A stretch of 64,000 nucleotides of DNA, taken from NCBI GenBank assembly GCA_963720785.1, contig CAVRGQ010000008.1, positions 834,651 through 898,650 of the forward strand, given 5' to 3'. The notes under the pieces were generated by a model. It was not told where the DNA came from, made no database searches, and was given only the letters and a program-made list of their open reading frames with translations. Both the position numbers and the translations under genes were made by a program. This document shows positions 8,879 to 19,266 of this stretch, one piece after another; the first letter of the stretch is position 1, and each line of letters opens with the position of its first letter. The DNA comes from an uncultured Actinomycetes bacterium (lineage in GTDB: Bacteria > Actinomycetota > Acidimicrobiia > IMCC26256 > DASPTH01).

Positions 8879-11008
8879 CTAGGCGCCGGGCGCGGGCACC
8901 GAGGCCTGCGCGGCGTCGGTGGCCCCGACGGCAGCACCGTCGGCCGCAGGCGGCGGGGGCAGCTGCGACTGCTGCTTGGCCGCGAGCTTCTTGGCCTTCT
9001 TGTCGCGCTGCTCCTGGCCGGCCGTCGGGATGATGCCCGAGGGCTGACGGCCGATGCCGATACCGGCAAGGCCGGGACCGAGGCGCTGCCACCAGTCGAG
9101 GTAGGTGTTGCCCGGGAACTGAGCGGCAATCCACGAGAACGACGTGAGGAAGATGCCGCCGAGCACGGCGCCCGAGACCACCGCAACGCCACCGACCACG
9201 AGGAGCAGCAGCCAGCCGAGGCCCTGGAGCATCTCGAAGTCCTGGACGGTCGCGGTGCCCTGCAGGATGCCGAGCAACGCCCCGGCGAAGCCGGCGACCG
9301 CGGCCGAGAGGATGAACACGGCCAGCTTGGTGACGATCTGGTTCACGCCGAGCGTGGCGCACGCGGCCGGGCTGTCACCCAGCGCGGTGAGCCGGCGACC
9401 GAAGCGGCTGCGGTGCAGCGCCACGATGAGCACGCCCATCACGCCGAGCAGGAACGTGAACACGAACATCTGCCCGACGTCCTGGCCGAAGTTGATACCG
9501 AGGAAGGTGAACGGATCCTGTGTGTTCCAGCCGAAGATCGTGATACCGCCGATCGGACGGCCGTCGAAGCCGAGGATCTCGGGCTGCGGGAAGAAGAGGA
9601 ATGACGCCATCTGCGCGAACGCCATCGACGCGAGCGCGAGGTAGAGGCCCTGGAGGCGCAGCGCGGGGAGCGCCATCGCGATGCCGAACGGGATGGCGAA
9701 CGCCGCGGCGACGAACAGCGTGCCCACGCTGCCGAAGGTGTGGGACCACTCGAGGTAGGCGAACGCGCCACACCCGGCGAAGGTGATCTGGGCGAGGGAG
9801 ATCTGCTTGGACCAGCCGGTGAGCGGCACCATCGAGAGCATCGCCAGCGAGGTGACGAGCGCCAAGGTGAGCGTGCGCACGTCGGTGCGGTCGATCTGCA
9901 GGGCCCCGAGCAGGAACACCACCGCGAAGAGGATCGCCATGCCGAGCGACGCCTTCTTCAGCGACGGGATGCGGGGCACCACGCTGCGGATCGCCTTCTT
10001 GCCGTGCAGAGCCGCCTGCGGCAGGAACAGCAGGGCGAGGAACAGCATGATCTGCGGGATGGCGGCGGGCGCGGTGACCCAGCGACCGCCCCAGTTGAGG
10101 AAGTTCTGCTGGAACTCGAACACGAGGCCGATCAGCAGTCCGCCGGCGAACGTGAGCGGGAGGCTCTTGAGCCGACCGATGATCGCGGCGGCGAACGCGG
10201 CGATGATCAGCAGCGTGAGGGTCTGCACGTCGAGGGTGGCGAGCTCCTCGGCGAGAAAGATGCCGGCGACCGCCGCCATCGACGAACCCAGCGCCCACGA
10301 GAACATCGACACGCGGCCGGGGCGGATGCCGTTGAGGCTGGCGAGCTCGCGGTTGTCGACGACCGCGCGCATGGCGACGCCGAGGCGCGTCTTGGAGAGC
10401 AGGAACTTGAGACCGATGGCGAGCACCAGGCCCGCGACGATCGTGATGAAGCGCGACCACGGCATCAGGGTCTGGCCGATCTGGAAGCCCGAGGTGCCGA
10501 AGAAGCGGTCGATGCGACGCGATTCCTGCGGGTCCCACAGCTTCGCGGCGAGACCCATCAGCATCAGCATCAGACCGACGGTGGTGACGATCTGCGCGAC
10601 GAGCGGTGCGTCGGCCATGCGGCGCATCAGGATCCGTTCGATCGCCGCGCCCATCAGCGGTGCAGCGACGAAGACGGTGAGCAGCAGCGCGACGAGCGTC
10701 TGCATGCCCAGGCTCACGCGCAGCTCCCAGAACACGTACGCCATGAACATGCCGATGGCGCCCTGGGCGAAGTTGAAGATGCCGGACGTGGTGTAGGTGA
10801 CGACGAGGCCGGTGGCGGCGACCGCGTACACCGAACCGAACGTGATGCCGGCGATGATCCAGAAGAGGATCGAGTCGAAGGTGACCGGGTTGCCGGCCCA
10901 CGACTCCTGGACGATGAAGATCACGAAGGCCGCAACGAAGAGCCCCGCGATCAGCGTGCGTCGGGACTCGGCCGATTTCGGCGTGAGCCGTTCGGTGATG
11001 GCCGCCAT
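8879..11008 (-). CDS. Branched-chain amino acid type ABC permease, fused LivH-LivM
   Basis: 'YAVAATGLVVTY.TSGIFNFAQG', 'TRLGVAMRAVVDN', then 'QISLAQ', 'PALRLQGLYLALAS', 'SRFGRRL.ALGDSP.A'. Confidence 0.9.
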   Translation of the reverse strand: MAAITERLTPKSAESRRTLIAGLFVAAFVIFIVQESWAGNPVTFDSILFWIIAGITFGSVYAVAATGLVVTYTTSGIFNFAQGAIGMFMAYVFWELRVSLGMQTLVALLLTVFVAAPLMGAAIERILMRRMADAPLVAQIVTTVGLMLMLMGLAAKLWDPQESRRIDRFFGTSGFQIGQTLMPWSRFITIVAGLVLAIGLKFLLSKTRLGVAMRAVVDNRELASLNGIRPGRVSMFSWALGSSMAAVAGIFLAEELATLDVQTLTLLIIAAFAAAIIGRLKSLPLTFAGGLLIGLVFEFQQNFLNWGGRWVTAPAAIPQIMLFLALLFLPQAALHGKKAIRSVVPRIPSLKKASLGMAILFAVVFLLGALQIDRTDVRTLTLALVTSLAMLSMVPLTGWSKQISLAQITFAGCGAFAYLEWSHTFGSVGTLFVAAAFAIPFGIAMALPALRLQGLYLALASMAFAQMASFLFFPQPEILGFDGRPIGGITIFGWNTQDPFTFLGINFGQDVGQMFVFTFLLGVMGVLIVALHRSRFGRRLTALGDSPAACATLGVNQIVTKLAVFILSAAVAGFAGALLGILQGTATVQDFEMLQGLGWLLLLVVGGVAVVSGAVLGGIFLTSFSWIAAQFPGNTYLDWWQRLGPGLAGIGIGRQPSGIIPTAGQEQRDKKAKKLAAKQQSQLPPPPAADGAAVGATDAAQASVPAPGA

Positions 11009-11059
11009 GTGGTGTTCCCCCCGTGGATCTTGCCGGTGTCACCGGTCGAGCAGGGCCGC

Positions 11060-11089
11060 ATCATGCCGCCCCCACACCTGTCAGGTCAA
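11060..11089 (-). promoter_or_regulatory. Putative sigma70-type promoter TTGACC-N18-CATGAT for the permease
   Basis: Read on the minus strand about 50 nt upstream of ATG 11008. Confidence 0.4.
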
Positions 11090-11183
11090 TGCATGGAGCA
11101 GGGAAAGTGCGACGCCCGGGCACCCCGCGTCGGCGCAGGGTACCCGGGCATCGTCGAGCATCAGTTGACCGAGGTCAGCCGCC

Positions 11184-12548
11184 TCAGCTCGTGGATCCGA
11201 GCAGGTCGAGCTTGCGGGTGATGCTGCCACCCTTCGGGCAGGCGAAGGTGCCGGGCTTGGTGGGCTCGACCCGGACGAACTGGCCGTTCTTCACCTGGTT
11301 GAGCACCGAGCAGTTCGAGATCCCGCGACCGGCGAGGTCGATCGGCGCCATGATGCCGTCGGCGTCGAACTTGTTGATCTTGTTCAGCTGCTCGAAGATC
11401 GTCTTGCGGGTGACGCTGTTGACGCCCCCGGCCTTCACCTGCGCGTTGACCGCGTCGCGGAAGGCGACGCCCGCGGCCCAGGCGTAGATGCCGAAGCTGG
11501 CGATCTTGTCGGCACCCGTGTACTTCACGTAGTTCGCGAGCATCGGGACGGCCTTCTGGTCCGCCTTGCTGTAGAAGGGCAGGAACAGCGTGTCGGCGTA
11601 CTGATCCTCGGCGTCGGCACCACCGGCGGAGAGGAACTGCTTGTCGTAGCAGCCGACGCCGCAGTCCCAGACCTTCGCGGTCACACCCTGCAGCGCCGCC
11701 TCCTTGCGGAGGTTGATCGTGCAGGTGTACTGACCGGTGCACTGCGCGTAGTTCGAGCCGTTGGTCTTCATCGCCTGCACGAACGGCGTGTAGGCCGACT
11801 GCGGGTCCCGGCCGCTCACGTTGAAGTCGGCGTCGGACTTGATGCCCTGGTCGGTGCCGCCGATGTCGCGGAGGCCGCCGAGGCTGGAGAACGACGAGTC
11901 ACGGGCCGACTTGGAGTCGGCGCCGAAGATGTAGACGCCGTGCAGGTCCTTGCCGAACTTCTTCTCGTAGTAGATGCCACGCGCCACGTTCGAGTGGTAC
12001 GTCTGCGGGTGGTCGCTCACCGTGGTGCAGTCGATCTGCGGCGGTGCGATCGGGAACGACTGGTCCGAGCACTGCTGCACGATGGCGGTGGACACGAAGG
12101 GGATGTCGGGGAGACCCGTCACCGCGCCGCTCTTGTCCTTGCAGTTGCGCATGTCGTCGACCGAGGTGAGGAACACCGAGGACGTGCCGACCATGGCGAC
12201 GTCGTTCTCACACGCCTTGATCTCGGCGTTGCGGGTCTCGGTGGGGTTCAGCTTCGAGTCGTAGAAGTCGACCACGAGCTTGCGCCCGGCGAGGCCGCCG
12301 CCGCCGGCCTTGCTGTTGATGTACTTCGCGAAACCGGCGAGGGCGTCGGGCGACGCCTTGAACAGGTTCGGAGCGATCGCGTTGTCGACGTCGGCGACGA
12401 CGGCGATGTGGATCTCCTTGTCGGTGATCCCGACATCGGTGGCGGTCGGCTTGTCGTTGCTGCTCGACTGGGCTCCGGCCGTCGCGGCCATCGTGCCCAC
12501 ACCGAGCGCTACGGCAATGCCGAGCGCCAACCAGCGCATGCGCTTCAT
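11184..12548 (-). CDS. ABC transporter substrate-binding protein (LivJ/Peripla_BP_6-like), Cys-rich
   Basis: Signal peptide MKRMRWLALGIAVALG...AGA; 'ATDVGITDKEIHI', 'INS..GG.LAGRKL'; 10 Cys; flanked by Liv-type permease and ATPase. Confidence 0.88.
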   Translation of the reverse strand: MKRMRWLALGIAVALGVGTMAATAGAQSSSNDKPTATDVGITDKEIHIAVVADVDNAIAPNLFKASPDALAGFAKYINSKAGGGGLAGRKLVVDFYDSKLNPTETRNAEIKACENDVAMVGTSSVFLTSVDDMRNCKDKSGAVTGLPDIPFVSTAIVQQCSDQSFPIAPPQIDCTTVSDHPQTYHSNVARGIYYEKKFGKDLHGVYIFGADSKSARDSSFSSLGGLRDIGGTDQGIKSDADFNVSGRDPQSAYTPFVQAMKTNGSNYAQCTGQYTCTINLRKEAALQGVTAKVWDCGVGCYDKQFLSAGGADAEDQYADTLFLPFYSKADQKAVPMLANYVKYTGADKIASFGIYAWAAGVAFRDAVNAQVKAGGVNSVTRKTIFEQLNKINKFDADGIMAPIDLAGRGISNCSVLNQVKNGQFVRVEPTKPGTFACPKGGSITRKLDLLGSTS

Positions 12549-12600
12549 GTTCCCCCCATGGAAGTTTGTCTCGGCGCCCGGTTTCTCGACGGGCGTTGCA

Positions 12601-12619
12601 ATCTGACGGTTCGTCAGAT
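12601..12619. promoter_or_regulatory. Operator candidate ATCTGACG-GTT-CGTCAGAT
   Basis: Perfect 8-bp dyad directly downstream of a TATGCT -10-like hexamer (minus strand), upstream of the SBP gene. Confidence 0.55.
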
Positions 12620-12679
12620 CGGGCCGCAGCATATGACGGGGCGCGCCCGGTTACAAGGCACCCCCGAAATTGACGCCGT

Positions 12680-14310
12680 CTAACCGACGGCGCCGCCCAG
12701 ATACGCCTCCTGGAGGACCTCGGCGACCTCGGCCGGCTCGCCCTCCTTCTGGATGGCACCGTGCAGGATCACCGCGGCGACGTCGGCGACGCCGAGCACC
12801 TCGTGCGCGAACTGCTCGACCACGAGGATCGAAACGTCCTCCGCGGCGATGCGCTTCACCACGTCGTAGAGCTCCGAGACCACGAGCGGCGCGAGCCCCA
12901 TCGAGAGCTCGTCGAGCATCAGCACCTTCGGCTTGGTCGCGATGGCGCGCGCGATGGCGAGCATCTGCTGCTCACCACCGGAGAGCGTGCCGGCCATCTG
13001 CTTGCGGCGTTCCTTCAGGCGGGGGAACCGCGTGTAGGCGGCTTCCTCGATGTCGGAGAACGACGTGCCCGTGTAGGTCATCGTGCGCAGGTTCTCGAGC
13101 ACGGTGAGGTTCGGGAAGATGCCGCGGCCCTCGGGCACGGTGCACAGTCCGGCGCGGGCGAGAGCGTCGGGGGCCTTGCCGTTGATGCGCTGGCCCTGGA
13201 AGTACACGTCGCCCACGTTCGGCGACACGATGCCGCCCGCGACCTTCAGCGTGGTGGTCTTGCCCGCGCCGTTGGGGCCGAGCAGCGCGTACACCTGACC
13301 GGGCGGGATGCTGATGTTCACGCCGTGCAGCACGTCGATGCTGCCGTAGCCGGCGCGGATGCCCCGCAGCTGGAGCGCGGCGCCGGGGTCGATCTCGCCG
13401 GGCGCGCTCTCCGGGGCCGCCAACGGGGAAGGCGGTGCCGACGTGCCGTTGACCGTGACCGACGGCAGCACGATCTCGTCGCCGGCGGTATCGGCGGCGG
13501 CGTCGGCCGTGGCGTGCACCTCGGCCTGCAGCACGCTGACCTCTTGGAGCAGCGCGGCCTGCTCCGCGGGCACCTCTTCCTTCTCGTCGCCCTCGCCCAG
13601 GTAGGCGGCGCGCACGATCGGGTTGGCCTGCACCTCCTCGGGTGTGCCGTAGGCGATGATCTGGCCGAAGTCGAGCACGTTGATGTGGTGACAGGTGGTC
13701 ATCACCATCGCCATGTCGTGCTCCACGAGCAGGATGCCGAGGCCGGTGCCGGCGAGCTCGACGAGCAGATCCGAGAGCTCCACGGTCTCGTGCTCGTTGA
13801 GACCCGACGACGGCTCGTCGAGCAGGAGCAGCCTCGGCTTGGTGGCCAGCGCGCGGGCGATCTCGATGAGCCGCTGCGTACCGGTGGGCAGCTTCTCCAC
13901 GCGGGCATCGGCAACGCTCTCGAGACCGATGCGCGCGATCAGCTCGTCGGCGAGATCGCCGGGGCTGAACTTCTCGCACGCGAGTAACCACGCTTCATCT
14001 CGGCGGCGACGAGGATGTTCTCGCGCACGCTGAGCGAACCGAAGGTCTCGAGCCGCTGGAACGTGCGGCCGACACCGATCCGGGCCCGCTTGTGCGGCTT
14101 CATCGTGGTGATGTCGCGGCCCTCGAGCACCAGGCGGCCCGTCGTGGGCGCCTGGAGGCCGGTGATCACGTTGAACAGCGTGGTCTTGCCCGCGCCGTTC
14201 GGGCCGATGAGGCCGGTGACCTCACCGACCGGGACCTCGATGTTGACGTCGGTCAGGGCCTGGAGGCCTCCGAACCGGACGGCAACGTGCTCGACAGTCA
14301 GCAGGGTCAC
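12680..14310 (-). CDS. Fused LivG-LivF ABC ATP-binding protein, one frameshift (~13978)
   Basis: Two Walker A motifs (GPNGAGKTT), 'LLLLDEPSSGL', 'LSGGEQQML', 'LMLDELSMGL'. 1631 nt is 1 nt short of a whole frame. Confidence 0.88.
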
Positions 14311-14463
14311 GTCGGACCACTCCCCCCTGGGATCGTTCGCTCACGTGGAACCGTGAGGCCGCGGACGATACATGACGGGGCCGCTCCCGTCACGGCCCCG
14401 CCCGCGAAGCCGATCGCGGGTCGGGCGTGGAACGACCGCGGGAAAGCCCTGGTCAGCGGCCGG

Positions 14464-15750
14464 TCAGCCGTTCTTCGGGAGCTCGCGGAAGGCCTTGCCC
14501 TTGTCGGCGCTGGGCTCCTTGGGCAGGCCGAGCACCCGCTCACCGATGATGTTGTGCTGGATCTCGTCGGTGCCGCCGTAGATCGGCGGGCCCTGCGCGA
14601 AGAGCATCGCCTCGGTGACGCGGGCGTACTCGTCCTTGCCCGTGGCCTCGGCGAGCGCGAGGGCCTCGGCCGAGCCGTAGGCGTGGAGGGTGGCGTAGGG
14701 GCCGAGGATGGCGCCGCTCGTGTCGCGGGTGAGGCGCAGGATCCGGCTCATCGACAGCTTCATGATGTTGCCGAGGCCGGGGATGTCCTTGCCCTGGGCC
14801 CGCAGCGCCCGCTGGCGCAGGTTCGTGTACCGCGAGATCTCGTTGTACGTGTAGATCTGCGCGAGGTTCTGGCGGATGGTCGGGTCGTCGGCCACGCCGT
14901 TCTCGCGGGCGAAGCGGATGAGCCGCTCGTGGCTCTTCCCGCCGCCGCCGCTCGACTCGAGCTTGTCGCCTCCCCCGGCGAGGTCGCCGGCGCGCTTGTC
15001 GAGGTCGCCCGACACCGTGCCCGGCAACGCGGAGCCCCCGGCGCCACCGCCGCCCACGCCCAGACCGGTGCGCTCGAACATCAGCGTGGTGTTGGCCACG
15101 GCCCACCCGTTGTTGATGCCGCCGATGGCGGCGTCGTCACGCACGCGCACGTCGTTGAGGAACACCTCGTTGAACATGGCGCGGCCGGTGAGCTCACGCA
15201 GCGGGCGCACCTCCACACCGGGCTGGTGCATGTCGACCGCGAACCAGGTGATGCCCTGGTGCTTGGGCACGTCGGCGTCGGTGCGGGCGAGCAGCATGCC
15301 GAGGTCGGACCAGTGACCGCCTGACGTCCACACCTTCTGCCCGTTGACGACCCACTCGTCGCCGTCCTGCTCGGCCTTGCAGTTGAGTCCCGCGAGGTCG
15401 GAACCCGCGCCGGGCTCGGAGAAGAGCTGGCACCACGCCTGTTGGCCGGTGACGATGTCGCGCAGGTACGAACGCTTCTGCTCGTCGTCGCCGTGCGAGT
15501 AGATCGTGGGGCCGGCGAGCAGGGTGCCGAGCCCGCCGGGGGCGGCCAGCACGCCGAATTCGACGATGGCATTCGAGACGCGCAACGCCTCGGCGCGCGG
15601 CAGGCCCTTGCCGAAGGAGTCCTCGGGCCACGCGGGCACCGCCCACCCTGACGTGCCGAGCCGCTCCCACCACTCCGCGACCGTGAGGTCCGGGTCCCAG
15701 TTCGCCTCGAGCCAGGCGTTGACCTCGGCGACGACGTCGCTCGTGCTCAT
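14464..15750 (-). CDS. Acyl-CoA dehydrogenase (FadE-type)
   Basis: 'WCQLFSEPGAGSDLA', 'VNGQKVWTS', 'FNEVFLNDVRV', 'IYGGTDEIQHNIIGERVLGLP'. Confidence 0.95.
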   Translation of the reverse strand: MSTSDVVAEVNAWLEANWDPDLTVAEWWERLGTSGWAVPAWPEDSFGKGLPRAEALRVSNAIVEFGVLAAPGGLGTLLAGPTIYSHGDDEQKRSYLRDIVTGQQAWCQLFSEPGAGSDLAGLNCKAEQDGDEWVVNGQKVWTSGGHWSDLGMLLARTDADVPKHQGITWFAVDMHQPGVEVRPLRELTGRAMFNEVFLNDVRVRDDAAIGGINNGWAVANTTLMFERTGLGVGGGGAGGSALPGTVSGDLDKRAGDLAGGGDKLESSGGGGKSHERLIRFARENGVADDPTIRQNLAQIYTYNEISRYTNLRQRALRAQGKDIPGLGNIMKLSMSRILRLTRDTSGAILGPYATLHAYGSAEALALAEATGKDEYARVTEAMLFAQGPPIYGGTDEIQHNIIGERVLGLPKEPSADKGKAFRELPKNG

Positions 15751-15796
15751 GTGTGCTCCTCGATCCGGAAGGTGTGCAGCAGCCGAGCCGTCGCCG

Positions 15797-16699
15797 TCAC
15801 TCGGCGAGCAGGGCGCTGATGACCTTGAGCTCCTGGAACGCGTTGCGGAAGATCTGCGGGTCCTCGACGGAGTCGATCTCGGCGAAGTGGTCGCGCACGT
15901 CCTCGACGGTCATGCCGCCCTTCTGGAAGTACCCGGGGCCCACGCCGATGAACACGCGCGCCATGCGGCCCGCGCCGACGGTGAACACCTCGCCCGACAC
16001 CGGGCAGTCCTCGTGGGCGAGGAAGGCGACGAGCGGCGACACGTACTCCGGTGCGAGCTGCTTCGACAACTCCTCGCCGAAGATCTCCTCGGTCATGCGC
16101 GTCCCCGCGCTCGGCGCGATCGCGTTGGCCTTCACGTTGAACTTCGCGCCCTCGATCGCGAGCACGTGCGTGAGGCCGACGAGGCCCATCTTCGCCGCGC
16201 CGTAGTTGGCCTGGCCGAAGTTGCCGAACAGGCCCGCGCTCGACGCCGTGGAGATGATCCGGCCGTAGTTCTGCTCGCGCATGAGCGTGTAGGCCGGCTG
16301 CGTGACGTGGAACGCGCCGCGCAGGTGCACGTCGATCACCGCGTCGGTGAGGTCGGGCGTGAGGTTGTGGAACGACTTGTCGCGCAGGATGCCCGCGTTG
16401 TTCACGACGATGTCGACGCGTCCGTAGGCGTCGAGCGCGGTCTGCACGATCGCCGCGCCGCCCTCGGCAGTGGCGACGGAGTTGGTGTCGGCGACGGCCT
16501 CGCCGCCGGCGGCCGTGATCTCGTCGACCACCCGCTGCGCAGGGCCGGCGTCACCCCCGGTGCCGTCGACCGCACCGCCGAGGTCGTTGACCACGACCCG
16601 GCAGCCCCGCTCGGCGAGCAGCAGCGCGTGCTCACGGCCGAGGCCGCCGCCCGCGCCCGTGATGATCACAACCTGTCCGTCGAAGCCGACGTCCGTCAT
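15797..16699 (-). CDS. SDR family oxidoreductase (MFE-2 / 3-hydroxyacyl-CoA dehydrogenase-like)
   Basis: 'TGAGGGLGREHA', 'VVVNDLGG', 'NNAGILRD', 'GNFGQANYGAAKMG' (YxxxK). Confidence 0.93.
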   Translation of the reverse strand: MTDVGFDGQVVIITGAGGGLGREHALLLAERGCRVVVNDLGGAVDGTGGDAGPAQRVVDEITAAGGEAVADTNSVATAEGGAAIVQTALDAYGRVDIVVNNAGILRDKSFHNLTPDLTDAVIDVHLRGAFHVTQPAYTLMREQNYGRIISTASSAGLFGNFGQANYGAAKMGLVGLTHVLAIEGAKFNVKANAIAPSAGTRMTEEIFGEELSKQLAPEYVSPLVAFLAHEDCPVSGEVFTVGAGRMARVFIGVGPGYFQKGGMTVEDVRDHFAEIDSVEDPQIFRNAFQELKVISALLAE

Positions 16700-16768
16700 C
16701 TCGTTCCTCCTGGTTCGAACGCGGCAAAGCTACCGCCGGGTAGGAGGATCGGGCCCAAGCGGCCAGCC

Positions 16769-17392
16769 CTAGTGCTGCCAGGCAGCAAGAATCGTGTCGA
16801 CGTCGGTGAGGGTCGCCACCCATGACAACGTGTGCTCGAGCACCTGGGCGGCGTACTCCTGGGGCACGCCGGCGACGCCGTCGACCGGCAGCACGATGCG
16901 GTAGCCGAGGTCGGCCGCCACCAGGCACAGGCCGAGCAGGGCCTCGTTGACGCTCACCCCGATGGGCACGATCGTGCGCACGCCGAGGTTGCGCAGCAGC
17001 GGGTCGAGCTCGGTGCCGGTGAACGGCGTGAGCCCGTGGATCCGGTGCACCACCAGGTCGTCCGGCTCGGGACCGAGCTCGGGGATCAGCTCCGCCGGCG
17101 GTGAGCCGTCGAGCATGCCGAGGGGCTCCCGCGTGGAGAAGGCCATCATCCGGTTGTTCACCGTGATGCCCGCGCGGTCGGCGCGGATCCCGACGGTGGC
17201 GTGCAGCACCCGCACGCCCGCCGCCCTCGCGCCGCGGACGAGGCGTGCGCCGTGCTCGACGATGCCCACCTCCGCCGCCGCCTCGGGCAACCCCGGCACG
17301 AAGGCGAGGTCGCCGATCGTGCCCCGCTGCATCTCACAGGTCACCACCGCGGTCTCGTACGGGGCGAGGAAGTCGTTCACGTCGATCGGCAC
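16769..17392 (-). CDS. Isochorismatase family protein
   Basis: 'TAVVTCEMQRG', 'LVRGARAAGVRVLH', 'LIPELGPEPDD', 'PFTGTELDPLLRNLGVRTIV', 'AADLGY'. GTG start is estimated. Confidence 0.85.
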   Translation of the reverse strand: MPIDVNDFLAPYETAVVTCEMQRGTIGDLAFVPGLPEAAAEVGIVEHGARLVRGARAAGVRVLHATVGIRADRAGITVNNRMMAFSTREPLGMLDGSPPAELIPELGPEPDDLVVHRIHGLTPFTGTELDPLLRNLGVRTIVPIGVSVNEALLGLCLVAADLGYRIVLPVDGVAGVPQEYAAQVLEHTLSWVATLTDVDTILAAWQH

Positions 17393-17444
17393 GGTCGCGG
17401 AGTGTACCGACGCGCCGTCATCACCCGTCTGCGAGACTCGCCGC

Positions 17445-18389
17445 ATGCGTGCAGTGAGGTCGGACGGCAACGGTGGTGTGGCGGTGGTGGCGGTGGAGCC
17501 GAGCCCGCCCGCGGGGATCGACGACCCGGTGCGGGTACGGGTGGTCGCCTGCGGCATCTGCGGCTCCGACCACAAGCTGGCGGGTTGGAACCTGCCGTGC
17601 ACCCTCGGTCACGAGTTCGCCGGCCTGCTCGACGACGGCACCGCGGTCACCGTCCAACCCAACGTGTGGTGCGGCGAGTGCGACCGCTGTCTCGCCGGTG
17701 AGACGGAACTGTGCCGCACCGCGGGCGCGCGGCTGCACGGCGTGTCGATCGACGGTGGCCTCGCCGACGAGGTGTGGGTCGACCCGAAGTGCGTGGTGCC
17801 ACTGCCCGCCGGCGTGTCGGCAGCCGACGGCGCGCTCACCGAGCCCCTGTCGATCGGGATCCACGCGGCGAACCGGGTGCTGCCCGCGGATCCGGGACGG
17901 GTCTGCGTCATCGGCGGCGCGGCGATCGGCCTCGCGGCAGCCGCGGCATTCGGTGCGACGGGAACCGCCGTCGACCTCGAGGCCCGTCACACGCGGCAGT
18001 GGGAGGCCGCCGAGCTCCTGGGCCTCGGCCGCGGCGCGCAGGGCGAGTACGACGTGGTGGTCGACGCGGCCGGTACGCAGTCCGCGATCGACCGGGCCGT
18101 CGAGCTGCTGCGCCCGGGCGGCACGCTGGTGGTCGCGGGCACCTGGTGGTCACCGGTCGCGGTCGGCACCGGGTTGCTCACCAAGGAGATCCGGTTGCTG
18201 CCCGCCACGATGAGCGGGCACGCACACGGTGAGCGGGAGTTCGACGCCGCGTCGCGGTTGCTCGCCGCCCGGCCCACGCTGGTCGACGCGCTCGTCACGC
18301 ACCGCTTCCCGTTGGACGACGCGGTGGAGGCGTTCCGGGTGAGCGCAGACCGCGCCGCGGGCGCGATCAAGGTCGTGCTGGAGCCCTGA
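17445..18389 (+). CDS. Zinc-dependent alcohol dehydrogenase (MDR family)
   Basis: 'CGICGSD', 'LGHEFAG', 'CGECDRC...C', 'LVTHRFPLDDA.EAF', 'IKVVLEP'. Confidence 0.92.
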   Translation: MRAVRSDGNGGVAVVAVEPSPPAGIDDPVRVRVVACGICGSDHKLAGWNLPCTLGHEFAGLLDDGTAVTVQPNVWCGECDRCLAGETELCRTAGARLHGVSIDGGLADEVWVDPKCVVPLPAGVSAADGALTEPLSIGIHAANRVLPADPGRVCVIGGAAIGLAAAAAFGATGTAVDLEARHTRQWEAAELLGLGRGAQGEYDVVVDAAGTQSAIDRAVELLRPGGTLVVAGTWWSPVAVGTGLLTKEIRLLPATMSGHAHGEREFDAASRLLAARPTLVDALVTHRFPLDDAVEAFRVSADRAAGAIKVVLEP

Positions 18390-18459
18390 GCCTCGCGGTC
18401 GGCGTCTCCGTAGACTGCGCCGCGACTGCCACGTCCACACGTGGCGCGGAGGGGGAACC

Positions 18460-19266
18460 GTGAAGGTCGGCGAGCTCGAGATCCTGCCGGTATTCGACGC
18501 GATGGCCACGGTGCCACCGGCGTCGGCCTACTCGTACGGCGACGTCACCGGGAAGGGCACGGCGCCCGACGACTGGGCACCCCACCGCGACCTGCTCGAC
18601 GCCGACGGCAAGCTCGAGATCCACATGGGTGGCTTCCTCGTGCGCACCGGTGACCGTCGCATCCTCGTGGACGCCGGTCTCGGCCCCGACCCGATGTTCG
18701 GCGGCAGCGAGGGCGGCGCGCTGCTGCAGAGCCTCGCCGCGCTCGGCCTGTCGTCCGCTGACATCACCGACGTCGTGCTCACCCACCTGCACTTCGACCA
18801 CGTCGGGTGGGTGTCACGCGACGACACCCCCGTGTTCCCCAACGCGACGTACCGCTGTCACCAACGCGACTGGGACCATTTCGTGGGCAGCGACGACACC
18901 GCCACCACCAAGATGACGCCGGTCCGGGAGCGGTTCGAGCCGATCACCGCCGATGGCACCCTCGCCCCGGGCGTCGACACCCGGCTCTGCGCCGGCCACA
19001 CGCCCGGCAGCACCATCCTCGTGCTGTCGTCGGGCGCGGCGCGGGCCATGCTCATCGGCGACGTCGTGCACTGCCCCGTCGAGCTCCTCGACGACGAGTG
19101 GGGCGGCCTCTCCGACGTCGACCCCGAGATGGCGAAGCGAGCCCGCAACACGCTCGCGGCCGAGCTCGAGGCCACCGACACGCCCGTCGCGGCGGCCCAC
19201 TTCCCCGGCCTGCAGTTCGGGCGGCTCCTTGCCGGCGAGGGCAAGCGGGGTTGGACGTTCGGGTGA
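18460..19266 (+). CDS. MBL-fold metallo-hydrolase (lactonase / methyl-parathion hydrolase-like)
   Basis: 'THLHFDHVG' (HxHxDH), 'GHTPG', 'IGDVVH', 'AAHFP'. Confidence 0.92.
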   Translation: MKVGELEILPVFDAMATVPPASAYSYGDVTGKGTAPDDWAPHRDLLDADGKLEIHMGGFLVRTGDRRILVDAGLGPDPMFGGSEGGALLQSLAALGLSSADITDVVLTHLHFDHVGWVSRDDTPVFPNATYRCHQRDWDHFVGSDDTATTKMTPVRERFEPITADGTLAPGVDTRLCAGHTPGSTILVLSSGAARAMLIGDVVHCPVELLDDEWGGLSDVDPEMAKRARNTLAAELEATDTPVAAAHFPGLQFGRLLAGEGKRGWTFG

